Shown piece by piece: positions 9,002 to 21,381 of a stretch of 64,000 nt of DNA; position 1 is the stretch's first letter; each line of letters starts with the position of its first letter. Position numbers and translations under genes: made by a program. Source of the stretch: Arenicellales bacterium. GTDB lineage: Bacteria > Pseudomonadota > Gammaproteobacteria > Arenicellales > JAJDZL01. The stretch is taken from NCBI GenBank assembly GCA_965214875.1, contig OZ243980.1, forward strand, positions 2,299,058-2,363,057, written 5' to 3'. The notes beneath the pieces are model-generated. The model saw only the letters and a program-made list of their open reading frames with translations, did no database searches and was not told the DNA's origin.

Positions 9002-9628
9002 CTACTTTTTTACCTGGCCGAATGTCTCTGCACCCGATTCGAGAAATTTGATCTCCTCATCGGTCGACTCCCGCTGAACAATGGCGTTTCGATGCGGAAA
9101 TCTGCCGAACTGCTCAATAATGCGCAAATGCATCACCGCGTAGTCGTATGATTCGACCATCACTTCTCCATAGGGAGTATCTTTGCTCTCGTCCGCAAGT
9201 TTCTTGTACAGTTCAACCGATCGTTGCTGTGCCTGAATGTCTTCGGCGTGTTCAAGCGGCAAATAGGCAAACAGCCGCTCAATCAGATTCCATTGCTGCT
9301 CCAGGCCGGATGCCAGTGCCAATTCTGTCGCGCGCAGCGCGATTGAATCATACTCGAATGCCTGGCTTGTTCCGCGATAGACATTTCGAGGAAACTGGTC
9401 GGCAACGACAATAAAGGCAAGAAGGCTGCGCGAATCTTGCAGCCAGCTGTCCAAGCGGCCGCTGCCTGCGGCTTGAATATAGGATTCGAACCGCTCCGAG
9501 ATGGCCGCATCGAATTCTTCGGATGACGTGAACCAGACATCTCGGAGCTTCAAAAAGGTTTCGACCGATTCACCGCTATCCTTGAACCAGAATTCCAAAA
9601 CGGATTGATGATCAAACTGCGCTTGCAT
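9002..9628 (-). CDS. DUF924-family protein
   Basis: VLEFWF.., DQFPRN..RG and PLEH motifs characteristic of DUF924, recalled from memory. Confidence 0.75.
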   Translation of the reverse strand: MQAQFDHQSVLEFWFKDSGESVETFLKLRDVWFTSSEEFDAAISERFESYIQAAGSGRLDSWLQDSRSLLAFIVVADQFPRNVYRGTSQAFEYDSIALRATELALASGLEQQWNLIERLFAYLPLEHAEDIQAQQRSVELYKKLADESKDTPYGEVMVESYDYAVMHLRIIEQFGRFPHRNAIVQRESTDEEIKFLESGAETFGQVKK

Positions 9629-9743
9629 GCCGCCTTATCAGCCTCGATAGATCATGGCCACTCATATGACGATTGCGGATCCGCCCGCAACCGACCATAA
9701 GCCCTTTATCGCCACGACGCGCCAGCTAAGCGAGAGTAGGAGA

Positions 9744-10124
9744 TTAAGCTTCTGGCTCAGCAAACTTGTCGGAGTCGACCAGCTGAATATAAGCCATCGG
9801 TGCCGAATCGCCGGCACGGTAGCCGCATTTAAGCACCCGCGTATAGCCGCCAGGGCGGTCCTTGTACCGTTCTGCCAGCGGTCCGAACAGCTTTTGCACC
9901 GCCTGCCGATCGCGTAATCGCGCAAAAGCGAGACGACGGTTCGCTACCGTCGGCGTTTTCCCAAGCGTAATCAGCGGCTCGGCATAGCGCCGCAACTCTT
10001 TCGCCTTTGCAAGCGTCGTCTTTATGTGCTCTTGTTCAACAAGAGCAATCGACAAGTTTCGCATGGTCGCTTTGCGGTGGCTAGGCGACCGATTAAGGTG
10101 CCGGCCGGATTTGCGATGTCGCAT
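9744..10124 (-). CDS. rplQ: 50S ribosomal protein L17
   Basis: [20 protein letters not shown]-terminus; last gene of the alpha operon order. Confidence 0.97.
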   Translation of the reverse strand: MRHRKSGRHLNRSPSHRKATMRNLSIALVEQEHIKTTLAKAKELRRYAEPLITLGKTPTVANRRLAFARLRDRQAVQKLFGPLAERYKDRPGGYTRVLKCGYRAGDSAPMAYIQLVDSDKFAEPEA

Positions 10125-10138
10125 GATGATCGCTCCTG

Positions 10139-11188
10139 CTACCTGAGCCGGCTGAGCTCGAGCGCTTCTCGCTGCAGCGACTGGGGCGGCCAGTTTTCCA
10201 GTTCTTGTCCGAGCACCAAATCGCGCTCAGCAAGAACATTCTTGATCTCCGCAAGAGATTTCTTGCCCAAGTTTGGCGTTCGCAGCAAATCGACTTCCGT
10301 CTTTTGCACCAAGTCGCCAATGTAATGGATATCTTCGGCTTTCAGGCAGTTTGCAGAGCGAACCGTCAGTTCAAGTTCATCGAGCGGCTTCAGCAGGATC
10401 GGGTCGTATTCTGGCTCGACCACCACCTTAGGCTCTTCAATAATCTCTTCCAGGTTGACGAAATTGAATAGCTGATCATAAAGAATTTTCGATGCCTGGC
10501 GCACCGCCTCGTCCGGCTCTATCGTGCCGTTGGTTTCAATATCTATAATCAACCTGTCCAAGTCGGTGCGTTGCTCCACACGGGCGTTCTCGACCGAATA
10601 CGACACGCGTCGAATCGGAGTAAAGTATGCATCAACCTTCATCTCGCCGATGGTCGCCGACTCATCGAACTCCAGCTTGTCGATGGCAGCATCGCTATCG
10701 ATAACGCGAAAGCCGCGCCCGCGCGTAACCGTAATCTCCATATCGAGCTTGGCGCCTTCTTGAAGATGGGCGATGACGTGATCCCTGTCGTAGATCTCCA
10801 CATCGTGCGGCAACTGGATGTCGCCTGCTGTCACTATGCACGATCCTTCCTTTTTGACACTCAAAATCGCCTTGTCGCGTTCGTCGCCGACAATCGCAAC
10901 CGCAAGATTTTTCAGATTCATCAGAATCTCGATGACTTCTTCGCGAACACCTTCGATGACCGTGTATTCATGCAACGCGCCTTCGATGCGAACTTCCGTA
11001 ACCGCTGACCCAGGCATGGAAGAAAGAAGTACCCGGCGAAGCGCATTGCCGATTGTATGGCCGAAACCGCGCTCAAGCGGCTCGACAGTGATCTTGCACT
11101 GACGTTTGTCCTCAGACATGTCAAGAGACACGGCGCGCGGAATAAGAAATTCTGCAACTTCATTCATATTTTCAACAACCTGATCCAT
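10139..11188 (-). CDS. rpoA: DNA-directed RNA polymerase alpha subunit
   Basis: [20 protein letters not shown] in the NTD and [14 protein letters not shown] in the CTD. Confidence 0.97.
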   Translation of the reverse strand: MDQVVENMNEVAEFLIPRAVSLDMSEDKRQCKITVEPLERGFGHTIGNALRRVLLSSMPGSAVTEVRIEGALHEYTVIEGVREEVIEILMNLKNLAVAIVGDERDKAILSVKKEGSCIVTAGDIQLPHDVEIYDRDHVIAHLQEGAKLDMEITVTRGRGFRVIDSDAAIDKLEFDESATIGEMKVDAYFTPIRRVSYSVENARVEQRTDLDRLIIDIETNGTIEPDEAVRQASKILYDQLFNFVNLEEIIEEPKVVVEPEYDPILLKPLDELELTVRSANCLKAEDIHYIGDLVQKTEVDLLRTPNLGKKSLAEIKNVLAERDLVLGQELENWPPQSLQREALELSRLR

Positions 11189-11194
11189 TTTTAT

Positions 11195-11857
11195 CTACTT
11201 GGAGTAATAACCGATAACTAGGGTTTCGTTGATGTCTTCGGACAACTGATCGCGTTCTGGCAACTCTTTGAATAATCCTTTGAAATTATCCGTATCCATT
11301 TCAATCCAGTCTGGAAACCCTAATTGCTGAGCAATGTCCTGCGCGAAGATGATTCGCTCCTGCCCGCGAGACTTTTCCCGCACCTCGACAATATCGCCCG
11401 GTTTGATCTCATACGATGCGATATTCACTTTCCCGCCGTTGACGAGTATCGCATTGTGGTTGACCAACTGCCGGGCTTCTGCGCGAGTTGAACCAAAGCC
11501 CATGCGATAAACGACGTTATCCAGCCTTGATTCCAGAATCTGCAGCAAATTGATGCCGGTTGATCCTCTGCGGCGGGCCGCTTCGTCGTAATGGCGACGA
11601 AACTGCTTTTCAAGCACACCGTATATTCTTCGCAGCTTCTGCTTTTCGCGCAACATTTTTCCGTATACCGTCACCCTAGGGCGCCGTCCGCTCTGCTTTT
11701 GTCCCGGCACCTTGCCCCAGCGGCATTTCTGCTCAAGCGATTTGATGCTTATCTTGTCGCCGGTACTTGAGGCGACGCCGACACCGCGTCTCGTCAGTCC
11801 GAGATCGTAGCTCTCTCTGCGCGAGAGCTTGCAACGAGGTCCTGTGTATTTGGCCAT
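11195..11857 (-). CDS. rpsD: 30S ribosomal protein S4
   Basis: [16 protein letters not shown]-terminus. At 220 aa it carries a short insertion relative to the E. coli protein. Confidence 0.96.
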   Translation of the reverse strand: MAKYTGPRCKLSRRESYDLGLTRRGVGVASSTGDKISIKSLEQKCRWGKVPGQKQSGRRPRVTVYGKMLREKQKLRRIYGVLEKQFRRHYDEAARRRGSTGINLLQILESRLDNVVYRMGFGSTRAEARQLVNHNAILVNGGKVNIASYEIKPGDIVEVREKSRGQERIIFAQDIAQQLGFPDWIEMDTDNFKGLFKELPERDQLSEDINETLVIGYYSK

Positions 11858-11873
11858 AGATCAATCCTTCCCA

Positions 11874-12266
11874 TTAGGCTCGGCGCCGCTTGCGCGGCCG
11901 ACAACCGTTATGCGGTATCGGGGTTACGTCGGTAATGCTGTTCACCTCAAGACCGGCCGCATTGAGCGCGCGAAGCGCCGAGTCGCGTCCAGGCCCCGGA
12001 CCGCGAACTTGCACATCGATCAATTTCATGCCCATATCTATTGCGGAGCGCGCGCAGTTTTCCGAAGCCATCTGGGCTGCGAACGGAGTGCTCTTGCGAG
12101 AACCTTTGAAATCCATCTTGCCCGCAGTCGACCAGCACAGAACATTGCCTTGCCGATCCGTAATCGTCACGATCGTATTGTTGAAAGACGCGTGAATATG
12201 CGCGATCCCCTCGTTTACAGTTCGCTTGACCTTTGCCTTGCGTTTTCGAGTCTTTGCTTTTGCCAC
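11874..12266 (-). CDS. rpsK: 30S ribosomal protein S11
   Basis: [21 protein letters not shown] and [10 protein letters not shown] motifs. Confidence 0.97.
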   Translation of the reverse strand: MAKAKTRKRKAKVKRTVNEGIAHIHASFNNTIVTITDRQGNVLCWSTAGKMDFKGSRKSTPFAAQMASENCARSAIDMGMKLIDVQVRGPGPGRDSALRALNAAGLEVNSITDVTPIPHNGCRPRKRRRA

Positions 12267-12276
12267 AGTCGTATTC

Positions 12277-12633
12277 CTATCTGCGTATCGGTTTTCTCGG
12301 GCCTTTTCGAGTCCGGGCGTTGGTCGATGTCCGCTGCCCTCTGACCGGCAGGCCGCGCCTATGTCGCAACCCGCGATAGCAACCCAGGTCCATAAGCCGT
12401 TTAATATTCATCGATGTCTCGCGGCGCAGATCGCCCTCGATGGTATAGTGCGCGACCACTGAGCGAAGCCGCTCGGCCTCTTCATCAGACAGTTCGCGAA
12501 CTTTCTTGGTGCGCTCCACATTCGCGGCATCGCAAATGCTTTCCGCGGTGCTGACCCCAATTCCCATGATGGAAGTCAGCCCAATGCGTACATGTTTCTG
12601 CATTGGCAGGTTGATGCCTGCGATACGAGCCAT
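12277..12633 (-). CDS. rpsM: 30S ribosomal protein S13
   Basis: The protein starts [10 protein letters not shown]. The ORF-track start at 12738 is a 35-codon upstream extension that overlaps rpmJ. Confidence 0.95.
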   Translation of the reverse strand: MARIAGINLPMQKHVRIGLTSIMGIGVSTAESICDAANVERTKKVRELSDEEAERLRSVVAHYTIEGDLRRETSMNIKRLMDLGCYRGLRHRRGLPVRGQRTSTNARTRKGPRKPIRR

Positions 12634-12682
12634 GCTGATTACTCCTTGATACCCACTAATGCGCCGGCGAGTCCCGCCAGCA

Positions 12683-12796
12683 TTACCCTTGCCGCTGCTT
12701 GTGCCGCGGATCCGTGCAGATGACGCGCAAAACGCCATGGCGCTTGATGATCTTGCAGTTACGGCATATTTTCTTTACTGAAGCTCTCACCTTCAT
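12683..12796 (-). CDS. rpmJ: 50S ribosomal protein L36
   Basis: Hand translation of the minus strand gives [37 protein letters not shown] followed by a stop. It is too short for the ORF track and sits in the canonical secY-rpmJ-rpsM position. Confidence 0.93.
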   Translation of the reverse strand: MKVRASVKKICRNCKIIKRHGVLRVICTDPRHKQRQG

Positions 12797-12812
12797 GATC
12801 AAACTCCTCCGC

Positions 12813-14156
12813 TTAGCGTGTCACGCCCAGCCCGCCTGAAATACTCGATTTTTTCAGCAAGCTCTCATACTGCCTTGACATCAGATGCGACTGCACCTGC
12901 GATATCAAATCTAGCATGACGACAACAATAATCAGCAGCGAAGTGCCGCCGAAATAAAATGGCACACTCCACTGCACCACGAGAAATTCCGGAATCATGC
13001 ACACCAGCACCAGATAAATCGCTCCGGCCAGCGTCAGCCTGGATACAACGGTATCAATGTAGCGTGTCGTCTGCGACCCAGGTCGGACACCCGGGATGAA
13101 TGCGCCAGATTTTTTAAGATTGTCCGCCATGTCCTTGGGACTGAATACCAATGCGGTATAGAAAAAGCAAAAGAAGACAATCAGCGCGGAATAAAGCACC
13201 ATGTAGATCGGCTGTCCTGGCCCGATGCTGGTTGCGATATCGCGCAGCCATCCCATGCCGTCGGTCTGTCCAAACCAGCTGCCGAGGCTCACCGGGAACA
13301 AAATGATGCTGGATGCGAAAATCGGAGGAATCACGCCAGACATATTGATCTTCAGCGGCAGATGGCTGGTTTGACCTGCAAGCATTCTGCGCCCTTGCTG
13401 GCGCTGAGCGTAGTTGACCGTGATTCGGCGCTGACCACGCTCGAAAAATACCACAAACCCGGTCACCGCAACTGCGCCGACGAACAAGGCCAGCACGCCG
13501 ATCGGCGTAAAGGCTCCCGTGCGAGCGAGCTCTAGCGTCCCTGCAACCGCTGAAGGCAAGCCGGCGACAATGCTCGCAAAAATTATGATCGAAATGCCGT
13601 TGCCAATTCCGCGCTCGGTCGTCTGTTCTCCAAGCCAGACCAGAAACATGGTTCCTGTAACCAATGCGGCAACCGTTGTAATCTTGAATCCAATCCCTGG
13701 GGCAAGGACCACATTGCTGCCGCCAGCAACCTGTCCCTCAATCGCAATGGCTATCCCAAGTCCTTGAAAAGTTGCCAGCAGCACCGTTCCATAGCGCGTA
13801 TATTCAGTGATCTTGCGCCGGCCGGCCTCACCCTCTTTTTTCAACTGCTCCAGCTGCGGGATGACTGCCGTCATCATCTGCATGATGATCGATGCCGAAA
13901 TATACGGCATCACGCCCAAGGCGAAAATCGAAAGGCGTGATAGCGCACCACCGGAAAACACGTTGAATATGTCTACAATCGATCCGCGCGTTTGCTCGAA
14001 CAGAGCTGCAACCGCCACCGGGTCAACCCCCGGCACCGGTACATGCGTGCCAAGGCGGAACACCACCATCGCACCGAGCACAAACAAGATGCGCATCCTT
14101 AGTTCGCTTAAGGTGCCCAAGCCCGGCAATCGCTTTGAAGGGTTGATTTTTGCCAT
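12813..14156 (-). CDS. secY: Preprotein translocase subunit SecY
   Basis: 447-aa polytopic membrane protein in the canonical position after rplO; the [23 protein letters not shown] motif is present. Confidence 0.97.
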   Translation of the reverse strand: MAKINPSKRLPGLGTLSELRMRILFVLGAMVVFRLGTHVPVPGVDPVAVAALFEQTRGSIVDIFNVFSGGALSRLSIFALGVMPYISASIIMQMMTAVIPQLEQLKKEGEAGRRKITEYTRYGTVLLATFQGLGIAIAIEGQVAGGSNVVLAPGIGFKITTVAALVTGTMFLVWLGEQTTERGIGNGISIIIFASIVAGLPSAVAGTLELARTGAFTPIGVLALFVGAVAVTGFVVFFERGQRRITVNYAQRQQGRRMLAGQTSHLPLKINMSGVIPPIFASSIILFPVSLGSWFGQTDGMGWLRDIATSIGPGQPIYMVLYSALIVFFCFFYTALVFSPKDMADNLKKSGAFIPGVRPGSQTTRYIDTVVSRLTLAGAIYLVLVCMIPEFLVVQWSVPFYFGGTSLLIIVVVMLDLISQVQSHLMSRQYESLLKKSSISGGLGVTR

Positions 14157-14174
14157 GTTCAGTCCTGCTGATCT

Positions 14175-14612
14175 TTACTCTTGCACGCTGCCGCCGCACG
14201 CTTCAATCGCAGCCTTCGCCGATTCAGTAATGCGTATGCCCTTAAGATTGACCTTGCCGGTAATTTGACCGGAATTGATCACTTTGGCATGCTGCGCCGC
14301 TTTAGGAATCACGCGATGCTTTTTGAGCATATCGATATCCAGCGTCTGACCATCGAATTGCGACAGCTCGGACAAGCGAACTTCCGCGGTCTTATTGGGA
14401 GTCATCGACCTGAAGCCGCGCTTTGGCAGCCGTCGCTGCAAAGGCATTTGACCGCCTTCAAACTCCGCACTGACACCACCGCCCGACCGCGATTTCTGCC
14501 CTTTGTCTCCTCGCCCGCATGTGCTGCCGAACGTCGATCCGGCACCGCGGCCGACCCGCTTAGGCTTTTTACGCGCTCCAGCGGCGCTTCGGATATGCAA
14601 TCTTTCACTCAT
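14175..14612 (-). CDS. rplO: 50S ribosomal protein L15
   Basis: [33 protein letters not shown] chose the MSERLHIR start; the ORF-track start is 14630. Confidence 0.95.
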   Translation of the reverse strand: MSERLHIRSAAGARKKPKRVGRGAGSTFGSTCGRGDKGQKSRSGGGVSAEFEGGQMPLQRRLPKRGFRSMTPNKTAEVRLSELSQFDGQTLDIDMLKKHRVIPKAAQHAKVINSGQITGKVNLKGIRITESAKAAIEACGGSVQE

Positions 14613-14797
14613 TCGCCGATTGCCTCCCATTCGACCAGATAGGACACTTTGCGAATCATGCCCCGGATTTCAGGAGTATCCTCCACTTCGCGAACATGAT
14701 TGATCCGGCGAAGTCCCAAGCCGCGAACGCATGCCTGGTGGCTTTTCAAGCGTCCGTTAAGACTTTTAACCAGTTTAACTTGCAACTTTTTGGACAT
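14609..14797 (-). CDS. rpmD: 50S ribosomal protein L30
   Basis: 62 aa with [26 protein letters not shown]. Confidence 0.95.
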   Translation of the reverse strand: MSKKLQVKLVKSLNGRLKSHQACVRGLGLRRINHVREVEDTPEIRGMIRKVSYLVEWEAIGE

Positions 14798-14824
14798 ATC
14801 AAAAACTGCCGCCCGTTTCAGCGT

Positions 14825-15331
14825 CTAAAGCAATTCCTCGACTGTCTTGCCGCGCTTGGCGGCAATCTCTTTCGGACTTTTGATCGACTTAAGCCCGTCG
14901 ATCGTAGCACGCGCGACGTTAATCGGATTGGTCGTGCCGATAACTTTCGCAAGCACATCCTCCACGCCGGCGCATTCAAAAATCAGGCGCATCGTATCGC
15001 CAGCGATAATTCCGCTGCCGGTGGAAGCCGGCCGTATAACCACCTTCGCCGCACCATGCCGTCCAATGACCGGATACTGGATGGTTCCGCGATTCAGGCG
15101 TACGCTCGTCATGTTGCGTCGCGCCTGCTCCATGGACTTTTGCGCGGCGACCGGCACTTCCCGGGCCTTGCCGACCCCGATTCCGACCAGTCCTTTGCCA
15201 TTGCCGACCACGGACAATGCCGAGAAACCGAATATTCGCCCGCCCTTGACGACTTTCGCGACACGCCGCACGTTGATCAGCTCTTCGCGATTGCCATCGC
15301 TGGCAGAGTATTTTCCCTCTGTTGCAGCCAT
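14825..15331 (-). CDS. rpsE: 30S ribosomal protein S5
   Basis: [29 protein letters not shown] motif. Confidence 0.97.
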   Translation of the reverse strand: MAATEGKYSASDGNREELINVRRVAKVVKGGRIFGFSALSVVGNGKGLVGIGVGKAREVPVAAQKSMEQARRNMTSVRLNRGTIQYPVIGRHGAAKVVIRPASTGSGIIAGDTMRLIFECAGVEDVLAKVIGTTNPINVARATIDGLKSIKSPKEIAAKRGKTVEELL

Positions 15332-15347
15332 TTTCTAAATGCTTTCC

Positions 15348-15704
15348 TCAGATTCTTAAACCATTTTCTCTCGCTGCGTCTGCAAGCGCTTTGATACGAC
15401 CGTGATACCGATGACCCGACCGGTCGAACGCAAGATGCTCAACCTTTGCCTCAATCGCCTTTTTCGCGATCAAGGCCCCGACAACGCGCGCTGCTTCGGC
15501 ATTCCCGCCGTATGCAATTTGCTTTCGCACTTCAGGCTCAACAGTCGATGCGCTGGCAATCGTTTTGCTGCCATCTGGCGTAATGACCTGAGCATAGATG
15601 TGATTCGGCGTACGCTTGACGCAAAGGCGATGCCGACCCTGAATCCGAATCTGGTTGCGCGTCTTTTGCGCTCTGCGCAACCGATTTGCTTTTTTGCTCT
15701 TCAT
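15348..15704 (-). CDS. rplR: 50S ribosomal protein L18
   Basis: [16 protein letters not shown] and [21 protein letters not shown] motifs. Confidence 0.97.
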   Translation of the reverse strand: MKSKKANRLRRAQKTRNQIRIQGRHRLCVKRTPNHIYAQVITPDGSKTIASASTVEPEVRKQIAYGGNAEAARVVGALIAKKAIEAKVEHLAFDRSGHRYHGRIKALADAARENGLRI

Positions 15705-15710
15705 CGTTTA

Positions 15711-16259
15711 TCAGCCTACATTCTTGACCTGCTTACGACGGATCTGCTCGCCGGCATATCGAACGCCTTTGCCCTTGTAGGGTTCTGGCGGCCGCAAGCG
15801 GCGCAGATTCGCCGCAACCTGCCCGACAACCTGCTTTTCGATGCCGCGGACAACCAGATCAACCTGGCCGCTTGTCTCCGATGTCACTTCAAAGCTGACG
15901 CCCTCAGGCGCTGTGTATTCAATCGGATGTGAATAGCCAAGGCTCAAATTCAAGGTATTGCCGCTTGCCTTAGCGCGGTACCCTGTTCCAACGATCATGA
16001 TTCCTTTTTCAAATCCGGTAGTCACGCCTGTAACCATGTTCGCGATTAGCGAACGAAACGTGCCGGACATGGCGCGCGACTTCGCGCTCGAATTGCGAGC
16101 TTCAACTTTGAGGCTGTCTTCATTCACGCTGACTTTGACCGCTGGATGCAACTTCAAGCTCAAATCCCCCTTGGGACCGGCAACAGCAATCGAGATGCCG
16201 TCAACCGACACATTCACGCCGCTTGGCACAGCGACCGGCTCTTTTGCTATTCGTGACAT
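15711..16259 (-). CDS. rplF: 50S ribosomal protein L6
   Basis: MSRIAKEPV N-terminus and PPEPYKGKGVRY near the C-terminus. Confidence 0.97.
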   Translation of the reverse strand: MSRIAKEPVAVPSGVNVSVDGISIAVAGPKGDLSLKLHPAVKVSVNEDSLKVEARNSSAKSRAMSGTFRSLIANMVTGVTTGFEKGIMIVGTGYRAKASGNTLNLSLGYSHPIEYTAPEGVSFEVTSETSGQVDLVVRGIEKQVVGQVAANLRRLRPPEPYKGKGVRYAGEQIRRKQVKNVG

Positions 16260-16275
16260 CCTGCTTCTCTAATCA

Positions 16276-16671
16276 TCATGTAACTGTACAGATAATTTCG
16301 CCGCCGATGCCGCGCGCGCGCGCATCCTTAGCGGTCATGATTCCTTGAGATGTCGACACGACTGCAATGCCCAGACCGCCGTTGACCGACGGCAAATTCT
16401 TCGAATCGCAATACACCCGCCGCCCCGGCTTGCTGATGCGCTTGATCTTTTCGATCACGGGACCGCCGCGATAGTATTTCAACTTGATCACGAGATTTGA
16501 TTTGCCTTCCTCGCAATCGCGCCTAAATTCGGCAATATAGCCCTCTGCCTGCAGCACCGATGCGATTGTCTCCTTAACCTTGGAAGCGGGGACGGTCACA
16601 TCCGGATGCTCTGCATGCAAGGCATTGCGGATGCGAGTCAGCATGTCTGCGATTGGATCTGTCATTGGCAT
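16276..16671 (-). CDS. rpsH: 30S ribosomal protein S8
   Basis: The protein starts [17 protein letters not shown]. The ORF-track start at 16860 is an upstream extension that overlaps rpsN. Confidence 0.95.
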   Translation of the reverse strand: MPMTDPIADMLTRIRNALHAEHPDVTVPASKVKETIASVLQAEGYIAEFRRDCEEGKSNLVIKLKYYRGGPVIEKIKRISKPGRRVYCDSKNLPSVNGGLGIAVVSTSQGIMTAKDARARGIGGEIICTVT

Positions 16672-16676
16672 GTTTT

Positions 16677-16982
16677 TTACCAGCTTGCCTTGGTTACGCC
16701 TGGCGCTTCGCCGCGCATCACTATTTGACGCAGCTTGTTGCGCCCGAGACCGAACTTTCGATAATAGCCGCGCGGGCGTCCGGTCAAGCCGCAGCGGTTT
16801 CGCAAACGGCAGGAACTGCTGTCGCGCGGCAGCTTCTGCAAATTCATCATCGCATCCCACCGCTCCTCATACGAAAGCGACTCGTCGCTGATCTGTTTTT
16901 TGAGCGCCTGGCGACGCTGCGCGTACTGCTCAACAAGCCTTTCACGCTTGTGCTGCCGAGCGATTACCGATTTCTTTGCCAT
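16677..16982 (-). CDS. rpsN: 30S ribosomal protein S14
   Basis: [18 protein letters not shown]-terminus, [19 protein letters not shown] and a KASW C-terminus. Confidence 0.97.
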   Translation of the reverse strand: MAKKSVIARQHKRERLVEQYAQRRQALKKQISDESLSYEERWDAMMNLQKLPRDSSSCRLRNRCGLTGRPRGYYRKFGLGRNKLRQIVMRGEAPGVTKASW

Positions 16983-16983
16983 C

Positions 16984-17544
16984 TCAATTCTGCCGCAATG
17001 GAAAATTAAAGCCGGTCAGCAAGGCCCGCGCCTCATCATCGGTGTTGGCCGACGTCGTGATCGCGATGTCCAGACCGCGAATCGCATCGACTCGATCGTA
17101 GTCGATTTCCGGGAACACAATCTGCTCCTTGATGCCGAATGAATAGTTGCCTCGTCCGTCAAACGATTTATCGGATAGGCCGCGAAAATCGCGCACCCGC
17201 GGAATTGCTACCGAGATGAGGCGGTCTAAGAATTCATACATCGCCTGCCGCCGCAATGTCACCATGCAGCCGATCTCAAAGCCTTCTCGAATTTTGAATG
17301 CCGCAACTGCCCGACTTGCCTTTGTTACCACCGGCTTTTGACCAGCGATGAGCGTCATGTCGTTGACCGCATTGGCAACGATGTTCTTGTCCTTTTTAAG
17401 GACCGCATCGCCCAGCCCCATGTTCAGGGTAATCTTGAGCACTTTGGGAACCTGCATCGGGTTCGCGTAGCTGAACTGCCTGGTCAGCTTGCCGAACAGC
17501 TCTTCACGATAGAATTTTTCCAATCTGGTCAATTCAGCCATCAT
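16984..17544 (-). CDS. rplE: 50S ribosomal protein L5
   Basis: [18 protein letters not shown] and [20 protein letters not shown] motifs. Confidence 0.97.
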   Translation of the reverse strand: MMAELTRLEKFYREELFGKLTRQFSYANPMQVPKVLKITLNMGLGDAVLKKDKNIVANAVNDMTLIAGQKPVVTKASRAVAAFKIREGFEIGCMVTLRRQAMYEFLDRLISVAIPRVRDFRGLSDKSFDGRGNYSFGIKEQIVFPEIDYDRVDAIRGLDIAITTSANTDDEARALLTGFNFPLRQN

Positions 17545-17551
17545 CAGTCAC

Positions 17552-17869
17552 CTAAACATCGACAACTTCGCCGTTCGACTTGAAGTAGCGGACTTTTCTG
17601 CCATCTTCCAAAAAACGATACCCGACGCGGTCGCCCTTGCCGGTGCTCGGGTTGAACAGGGCCAGATTCGACATCTGAATCGGCGCCTCTTTTGAGAGAA
17701 TGCCTCCGGTCTGCTGGCGCTGCGGGTTGCCCCGCGTGTGGCACCTGACCAGATTCACGTCGTTTACAAGCGCACGGCCATCATCGAGGATGGACAGCAC
17801 TGTACCGCGCTTGCCCTTGCTTTTGCCGGCAAGCACGATTACATCATCTCCTTTTCGCAGTCGGTTCAT
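17552..17869 (-). CDS. rplX: 50S ribosomal protein L24
   Basis: [23 protein letters not shown] motif. Confidence 0.97.
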   Translation of the reverse strand: MNRLRKGDDVIVLAGKSKGKRGTVLSILDDGRALVNDVNLVRCHTRGNPQRQQTGGILSKEAPIQMSNLALFNPSTGKGDRVGYRFLEDGRKVRYFKSNGEVVDV

Positions 17870-17880
17870 GTTGGTTCAGC

Positions 17881-18249
17881 CTAAAGAACTTCAGGCGCCA
17901 GCGATACGATGCGCATGAATTTTTCACCTCTTAGCTCACGTGTCACCGGACCGAAGATTCGAGTTCCAAGCGGCTGGTGTTGCGCATTGAGCAACACGAC
18001 CGCATTGCGATCAAAGCGAATCAGCGATCCGTCAGTTCTACGTACGCCCTTTTTGGTCCGTACTACCACCGCGAACAGCACATCGCCCTTGCGCACGCGG
18101 CTATTCGGCACCGCTTCCTTGATTGTGATCCGTATGACATCGCCAATTCCAGCATAGCGCCGCTTAGACCCGCCAAGCACCTTGATGCATTGGACTCGCT
18201 TCGCGCCGCTATTATCGGCAACATCCAGCATGCTTTGCATTTGAATCAT
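17881..18249 (-). CDS. rplN: 50S ribosomal protein L14
   Basis: [28 protein letters not shown]-terminus. Confidence 0.98.
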   Translation of the reverse strand: MIQMQSMLDVADNSGAKRVQCIKVLGGSKRRYAGIGDVIRITIKEAVPNSRVRKGDVLFAVVVRTKKGVRRTDGSLIRFDRNAVVLLNAQHQPLGTRIFGPVTRELRGEKFMRIVSLAPEVL

Positions 18250-18279
18250 TGCAACAGTTCCTCCTGCCTGCAGGCGGCA

Positions 18280-18552
18280 TCAGCTGGCGCGCTCTAAAAT
18301 CTTGACTAGCTGCCAACTCTTGGTCTTCGACAGCGGCCTGCATTCGCGGATAACAACCGAGTCATTCTCGTTGCAGGCATTTTCTTCGTCGTGCGCATGC
18401 AGCTTGGTATATCGCTTGACATACTTCCGGTACAGAGGGTGCGGAACCTTGCGCTCTACGACAACGGTGATCGTCTTGTCGCGCTTCGCGCTCGTCACAA
18501 CCCCTGCGACAGTGCGGCTGTTGCTGGTGCTCTCTTCGGTCATGCTATGCAT
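18280..18552 (-). CDS. rpsQ: 30S ribosomal protein S17
   Basis: [31 protein letters not shown] motif. Confidence 0.97.
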   Translation of the reverse strand: MHSMTEESTSNSRTVAGVVTSAKRDKTITVVVERKVPHPLYRKYVKRYTKLHAHDEENACNENDSVVIRECRPLSKTKSWQLVKILERAS

Positions 18553-18739
18553 CCGTCATTTCGTTCAATACGGTTTTGATTCGTGCGACATCCCGCCGCA
18601 GTTCGCGAAACTTCTTGGTATTCGCAACCTGTTCATTGCTGCGATCAATGCGCAACTGAAGCTGTTCGTGACGCACATCGATCAGCGCCTTGGTCAGATT
18701 GTCTTTCGACATCTTGCGAAGCTCGCTGACCTTGTTCAT
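18545..18739 (-). CDS. rpmC: 50S ribosomal protein L29
   Basis: 64 aa, with [16 protein letters not shown]; canonical position between rplP and rpsQ. Confidence 0.95.
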   Translation of the reverse strand: MNKVSELRKMSKDNLTKALIDVRHEQLQLRIDRSNEQVANTKKFRELRRDVARIKTVLNEMTDA

Positions 18740-19152
18740 AGCAACCCCTGGCGCTTTGCAAACGTTGTTCGTACCGAAATCTTGGCTCCGGCAAGACGAA
18801 AAGCCTCTCTGGCCATTTCCTCGCTGACCCCTTCAATCTCGTAGATCATATGGCCAGGCTTAGTCACAAAAACCCAGTACTCTGGATTGCCCTTGCCCTT
18901 GCCCATACGCACTTCGAGCGGCTTTTTCGAAACCGGCTTGTCAGGGAATATTCGTATCCATAATTTGCCGCCTCTGCGCACGTAGCGGTTGATCGCACGC
19001 CGCCCCGCTTCGATTTCGCGGGCGGTAATGCGCCCGCGAGTCGTGGCCTTCAGTCCGAAATCGCCGAAACTGACGTGATTGCCACGAGTCGCCATACCGC
19101 GATTTCGCCGCTTTTGCTGTTTACGGTATTTAGTTCGCTTCGGCTGCAGCAT
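18736..19152 (-). CDS. rplP: 50S ribosomal protein L16
   Basis: [20 protein letters not shown]-terminus. Confidence 0.98.
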   Translation of the reverse strand: MLQPKRTKYRKQQKRRNRGMATRGNHVSFGDFGLKATTRGRITAREIEAGRRAINRYVRRGGKLWIRIFPDKPVSKKPLEVRMGKGKGNPEYWVFVTKPGHMIYEIEGVSEEMAREAFRLAGAKISVRTTFAKRQGLL

Positions 19153-19220
19153 AGTGGTTGCTATCGAATCCGGTTAACTTGATTGAGCATCTCATCATCG
19201 GGCATCTACACACTGGCAAA

Positions 19221-19910
19221 TCAACTCTCTGCCAATGCGGCCTCTTCAGGCTGCTCTTCGCGCGTCTTTTTCTTTGACTTGGCGGCAAACGTTTCACCGC
19301 GAAAGATCCAGACCTTTACGCCCAGCAATCCGTAAGTTGTTCTCGCTTCGGCAAATCCGTAATCCACATCCGCTCGCAACGTGTGCAATGGAACCCGGCC
19401 TTCCCGATACCACTCAGTACGGGCGATTTCAGCGCCGTTAAGGCGGCCCGAAATCATGACCTTGATCCCAAGCGCACCGATGCGAATGGAGTTTTGCACC
19501 GAACGCCTCATGGCGCGGCGAAACATGACCCTGTTCTCGAGCTGCTGGCAAATCGCTTCAGCGACTAGCCTTGCATCCATGTCCGGCTTGCGAATCTCTT
19601 CCACGCTAACCGAAACCGGCGCGCTGTTCATGGCAGAAAGATCTTTTCGCAACCTGGTGATGTCTTCGCCTTTCTTGCCGATAACGATTCCAGGACGCGC
19701 CGTATGGATTACGACTTTCATATTTTGCGCTGGACGGTCGATCGTTATCTTGCTCACCGAAGCATTGGCCAGCCGCTTGCTGACGAACTCGCGAACCTTC
19801 AAATCCTCTTTCAGGTTCTTCGCGTAATCTCTACCAGAAGCATACCAGCTGGAAGACCAGTTCTTCTTCAAGGCGAGCCGCATGCCGACCGGGTGTACTT
19901 TTTGGCCCAT
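19221..19910 (-). CDS. rpsC: 30S ribosomal protein S3
   Basis: [13 protein letters not shown]-terminus and the KH-domain motif [11 protein letters not shown]. Confidence 0.98.
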   Translation of the reverse strand: MGQKVHPVGMRLALKKNWSSSWYASGRDYAKNLKEDLKVREFVSKRLANASVSKITIDRPAQNMKVVIHTARPGIVIGKKGEDITRLRKDLSAMNSAPVSVSVEEIRKPDMDARLVAEAICQQLENRVMFRRAMRRSVQNSIRIGALGIKVMISGRLNGAEIARTEWYREGRVPLHTLRADVDYGFAEARTTYGLLGVKVWIFRGETFAAKSKKKTREEQPEEAALAES

Positions 19911-19920
19911 GTGTATTCTC

Positions 19921-20253
19921 CTAATCGTCCGAAAGCACGACCGTGATATGGCTCGTACGCTTAAATATCCGGTTGGCGCGCCCGCGCGCGCGCGCCCGCA
20001 AGCGCTTCATCGTCGGCCCCTCGTCAACATATGCGGCATGCACGCGCAATTCGTCGATATCCGCACTGTTGTTATTCTCGGCATTGGCAATCGCCGAGTC
20101 AAGCGTCTTCAACACCAAAGCCGCTGCTTTCTTGTTGCTATGCACCAGTATATCGCGCGCCTTCTCAACCTTGAGTCGCCGGATCTGCCCTGCAACCAGA
20201 CGGCACTTGAAAGCCGAGCTGCGAATGTTTCTTGAAACCGATCTAACCTGCAC
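19921..20253 (-). CDS. rplV: 50S ribosomal protein L22
   Basis: Contains [18 protein letters not shown] and [24 protein letters not shown]. Confidence 0.96.
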   Translation of the reverse strand: MQVRSVSRNIRSSAFKCRLVAGQIRRLKVEKARDILVHSNKKAAALVLKTLDSAIANAENNNSADIDELRVHAAYVDEGPTMKRLRARARGRANRIFKRTSHITVVLSDD

Positions 20254-20273
20254 CTGACAACCTCCCGCCTTCG

Positions 20274-20546
20274 CTACTTCGCCTTGCGGTCGGCCGCATG
20301 GCCCTTGAATGTCCGTGTCGGCGCAAACTCGCCGAGCTTATGACCAACCATGTTCTCCGAAATCAGAACCGGCACATGCTGGCGTCCATTGTGCACGGCG
20401 ATCATCAAACCGACGAACTCCGGCATGATGGTCGACCGCCTGGACCATGTCTTGATCGGCGTACGCCGATTAGACTCTCGGGCTTTGACTACTTTGGCCC
20501 ACAGATGCTGGTCGACGAACGGCCCTTTCTTTACTGATCTTGGCAT
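20274..20546 (-). CDS. rpsS: 30S ribosomal protein S19
   Basis: [16 protein letters not shown]-terminus and HNGRQHVPV. Confidence 0.98.
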   Translation of the reverse strand: MPRSVKKGPFVDQHLWAKVVKARESNRRTPIKTWSRRSTIMPEFVGLMIAVHNGRQHVPVLISENMVGHKLGEFAPTRTFKGHAADRKAK

Positions 20547-20552
20547 AGCACG

Positions 20553-21380
20553 CTACCTCTTCTTCGAGCGCCGCACAATCATCGAGTCGGTTCGGCGATT
20601 GCGCCGCGTACGGTATCCTTTTGTCGGCACTCCCCATGGCGTAACCGGATGGCGGCCGCCAGAGGTTCTGCCCTCGCCTCCGCCATGCGGATGATCCACC
20701 GGATTCATCGCAACGCCGCGCACAGTCGGTCTAATCCCGCGCCAGCGCTTGGCGCCAGCTTTTCCGAGCTTGCGCAACGAGTGCTCCTCGTTGCCGACCT
20801 CGCCAATGGCCGCCCGGCATTCCATGTGAATCTTGCGCATCTCGCCCGATCGCATGCGCATCAAGGCATACTTGCCTTCACGGCCCAGAAATTGCGCTGA
20901 CGTTCCAGCCGAACGGGCGATTTGAGCACCTTTTCCCGGCTTCATCTCAATGCAATGAACCACAGTTCCCTGCGGCACGTTTTTCAGCGGCATGACATTG
21001 CCGGGCGAGATTGGAACCTGCTCGCCCGATATTACCCTATTGCCCGCCTTGAGCCCCTTAGGCGCGATGATGTAGCGATACTCGCCATCCGCATAGGCCA
21101 CCAAAGCAATATTCGCACTGCGATTGGGATCGTATTCGATTCGCTCGACAGTTGCTGGCACCCCATCTTTTTCGCGACGAAAATCGATCACGCGGTAGCG
21201 GCGCTTATGCCCGCCGCCACGATGCCGGACTGTGATGCGCCCATCGTTGTTGCGTCCGCCGCTTGCGCGCGACGACTCGGTCAACGGCCGAAACGGCTTC
21301 CCGCGATGAAGATTCGGCGTCTTGACAACAACTGCGCCGCGCCTGCCCGGGGTAATCGGCTTTTGCTTAACTAGCGCCAC
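20553..21380 (-). CDS. rplB: 50S ribosomal protein L2
   Basis: A GTG start gives (M)[14 protein letters not shown], and [13 protein letters not shown] is present. The ORF-track start at 21473 is an extension that overlaps rplW. Confidence 0.95.
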   Translation of the reverse strand: MALVKQKPITPGRRGAVVVKTPNLHRGKPFRPLTESSRASGGRNNDGRITVRHRGGGHKRRYRVIDFRREKDGVPATVERIEYDPNRSANIALVAYADGEYRYIIAPKGLKAGNRVISGEQVPISPGNVMPLKNVPQGTVVHCIEMKPGKGAQIARSAGTSAQFLGREGKYALMRMRSGEMRKIHMECRAAIGEVGNEEHSLRKLGKAGAKRWRGIRPTVRGVAMNPVDHPHGGGEGRTSGGRHPVTPWGVPTKGYRTRRNRRTDSMIVRRSKKR

Positions 21381-21381
21381 T

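Noticed and set aside
9673-9690. The hairpin TTGCGG-n6-CCGCAA downstream of rplQ, considered as a terminator.
   Set aside because: No U-rich tail follows it on the transcribed (minus) strand, so it is too weak to call.
12634-12738. N-terminal extensions given by the ORF track for rpsM. The same kind of extension is given for rpsH (to 16860), rplB (to 21473), rplO (to 14630), soxY (to 54824), soxX (to 55111) and the ArsR gene (from 55078).
   Set aside because: The conserved protein N-termini start further in, and the extensions overlap upstream genes or have non-protein-like sequence.
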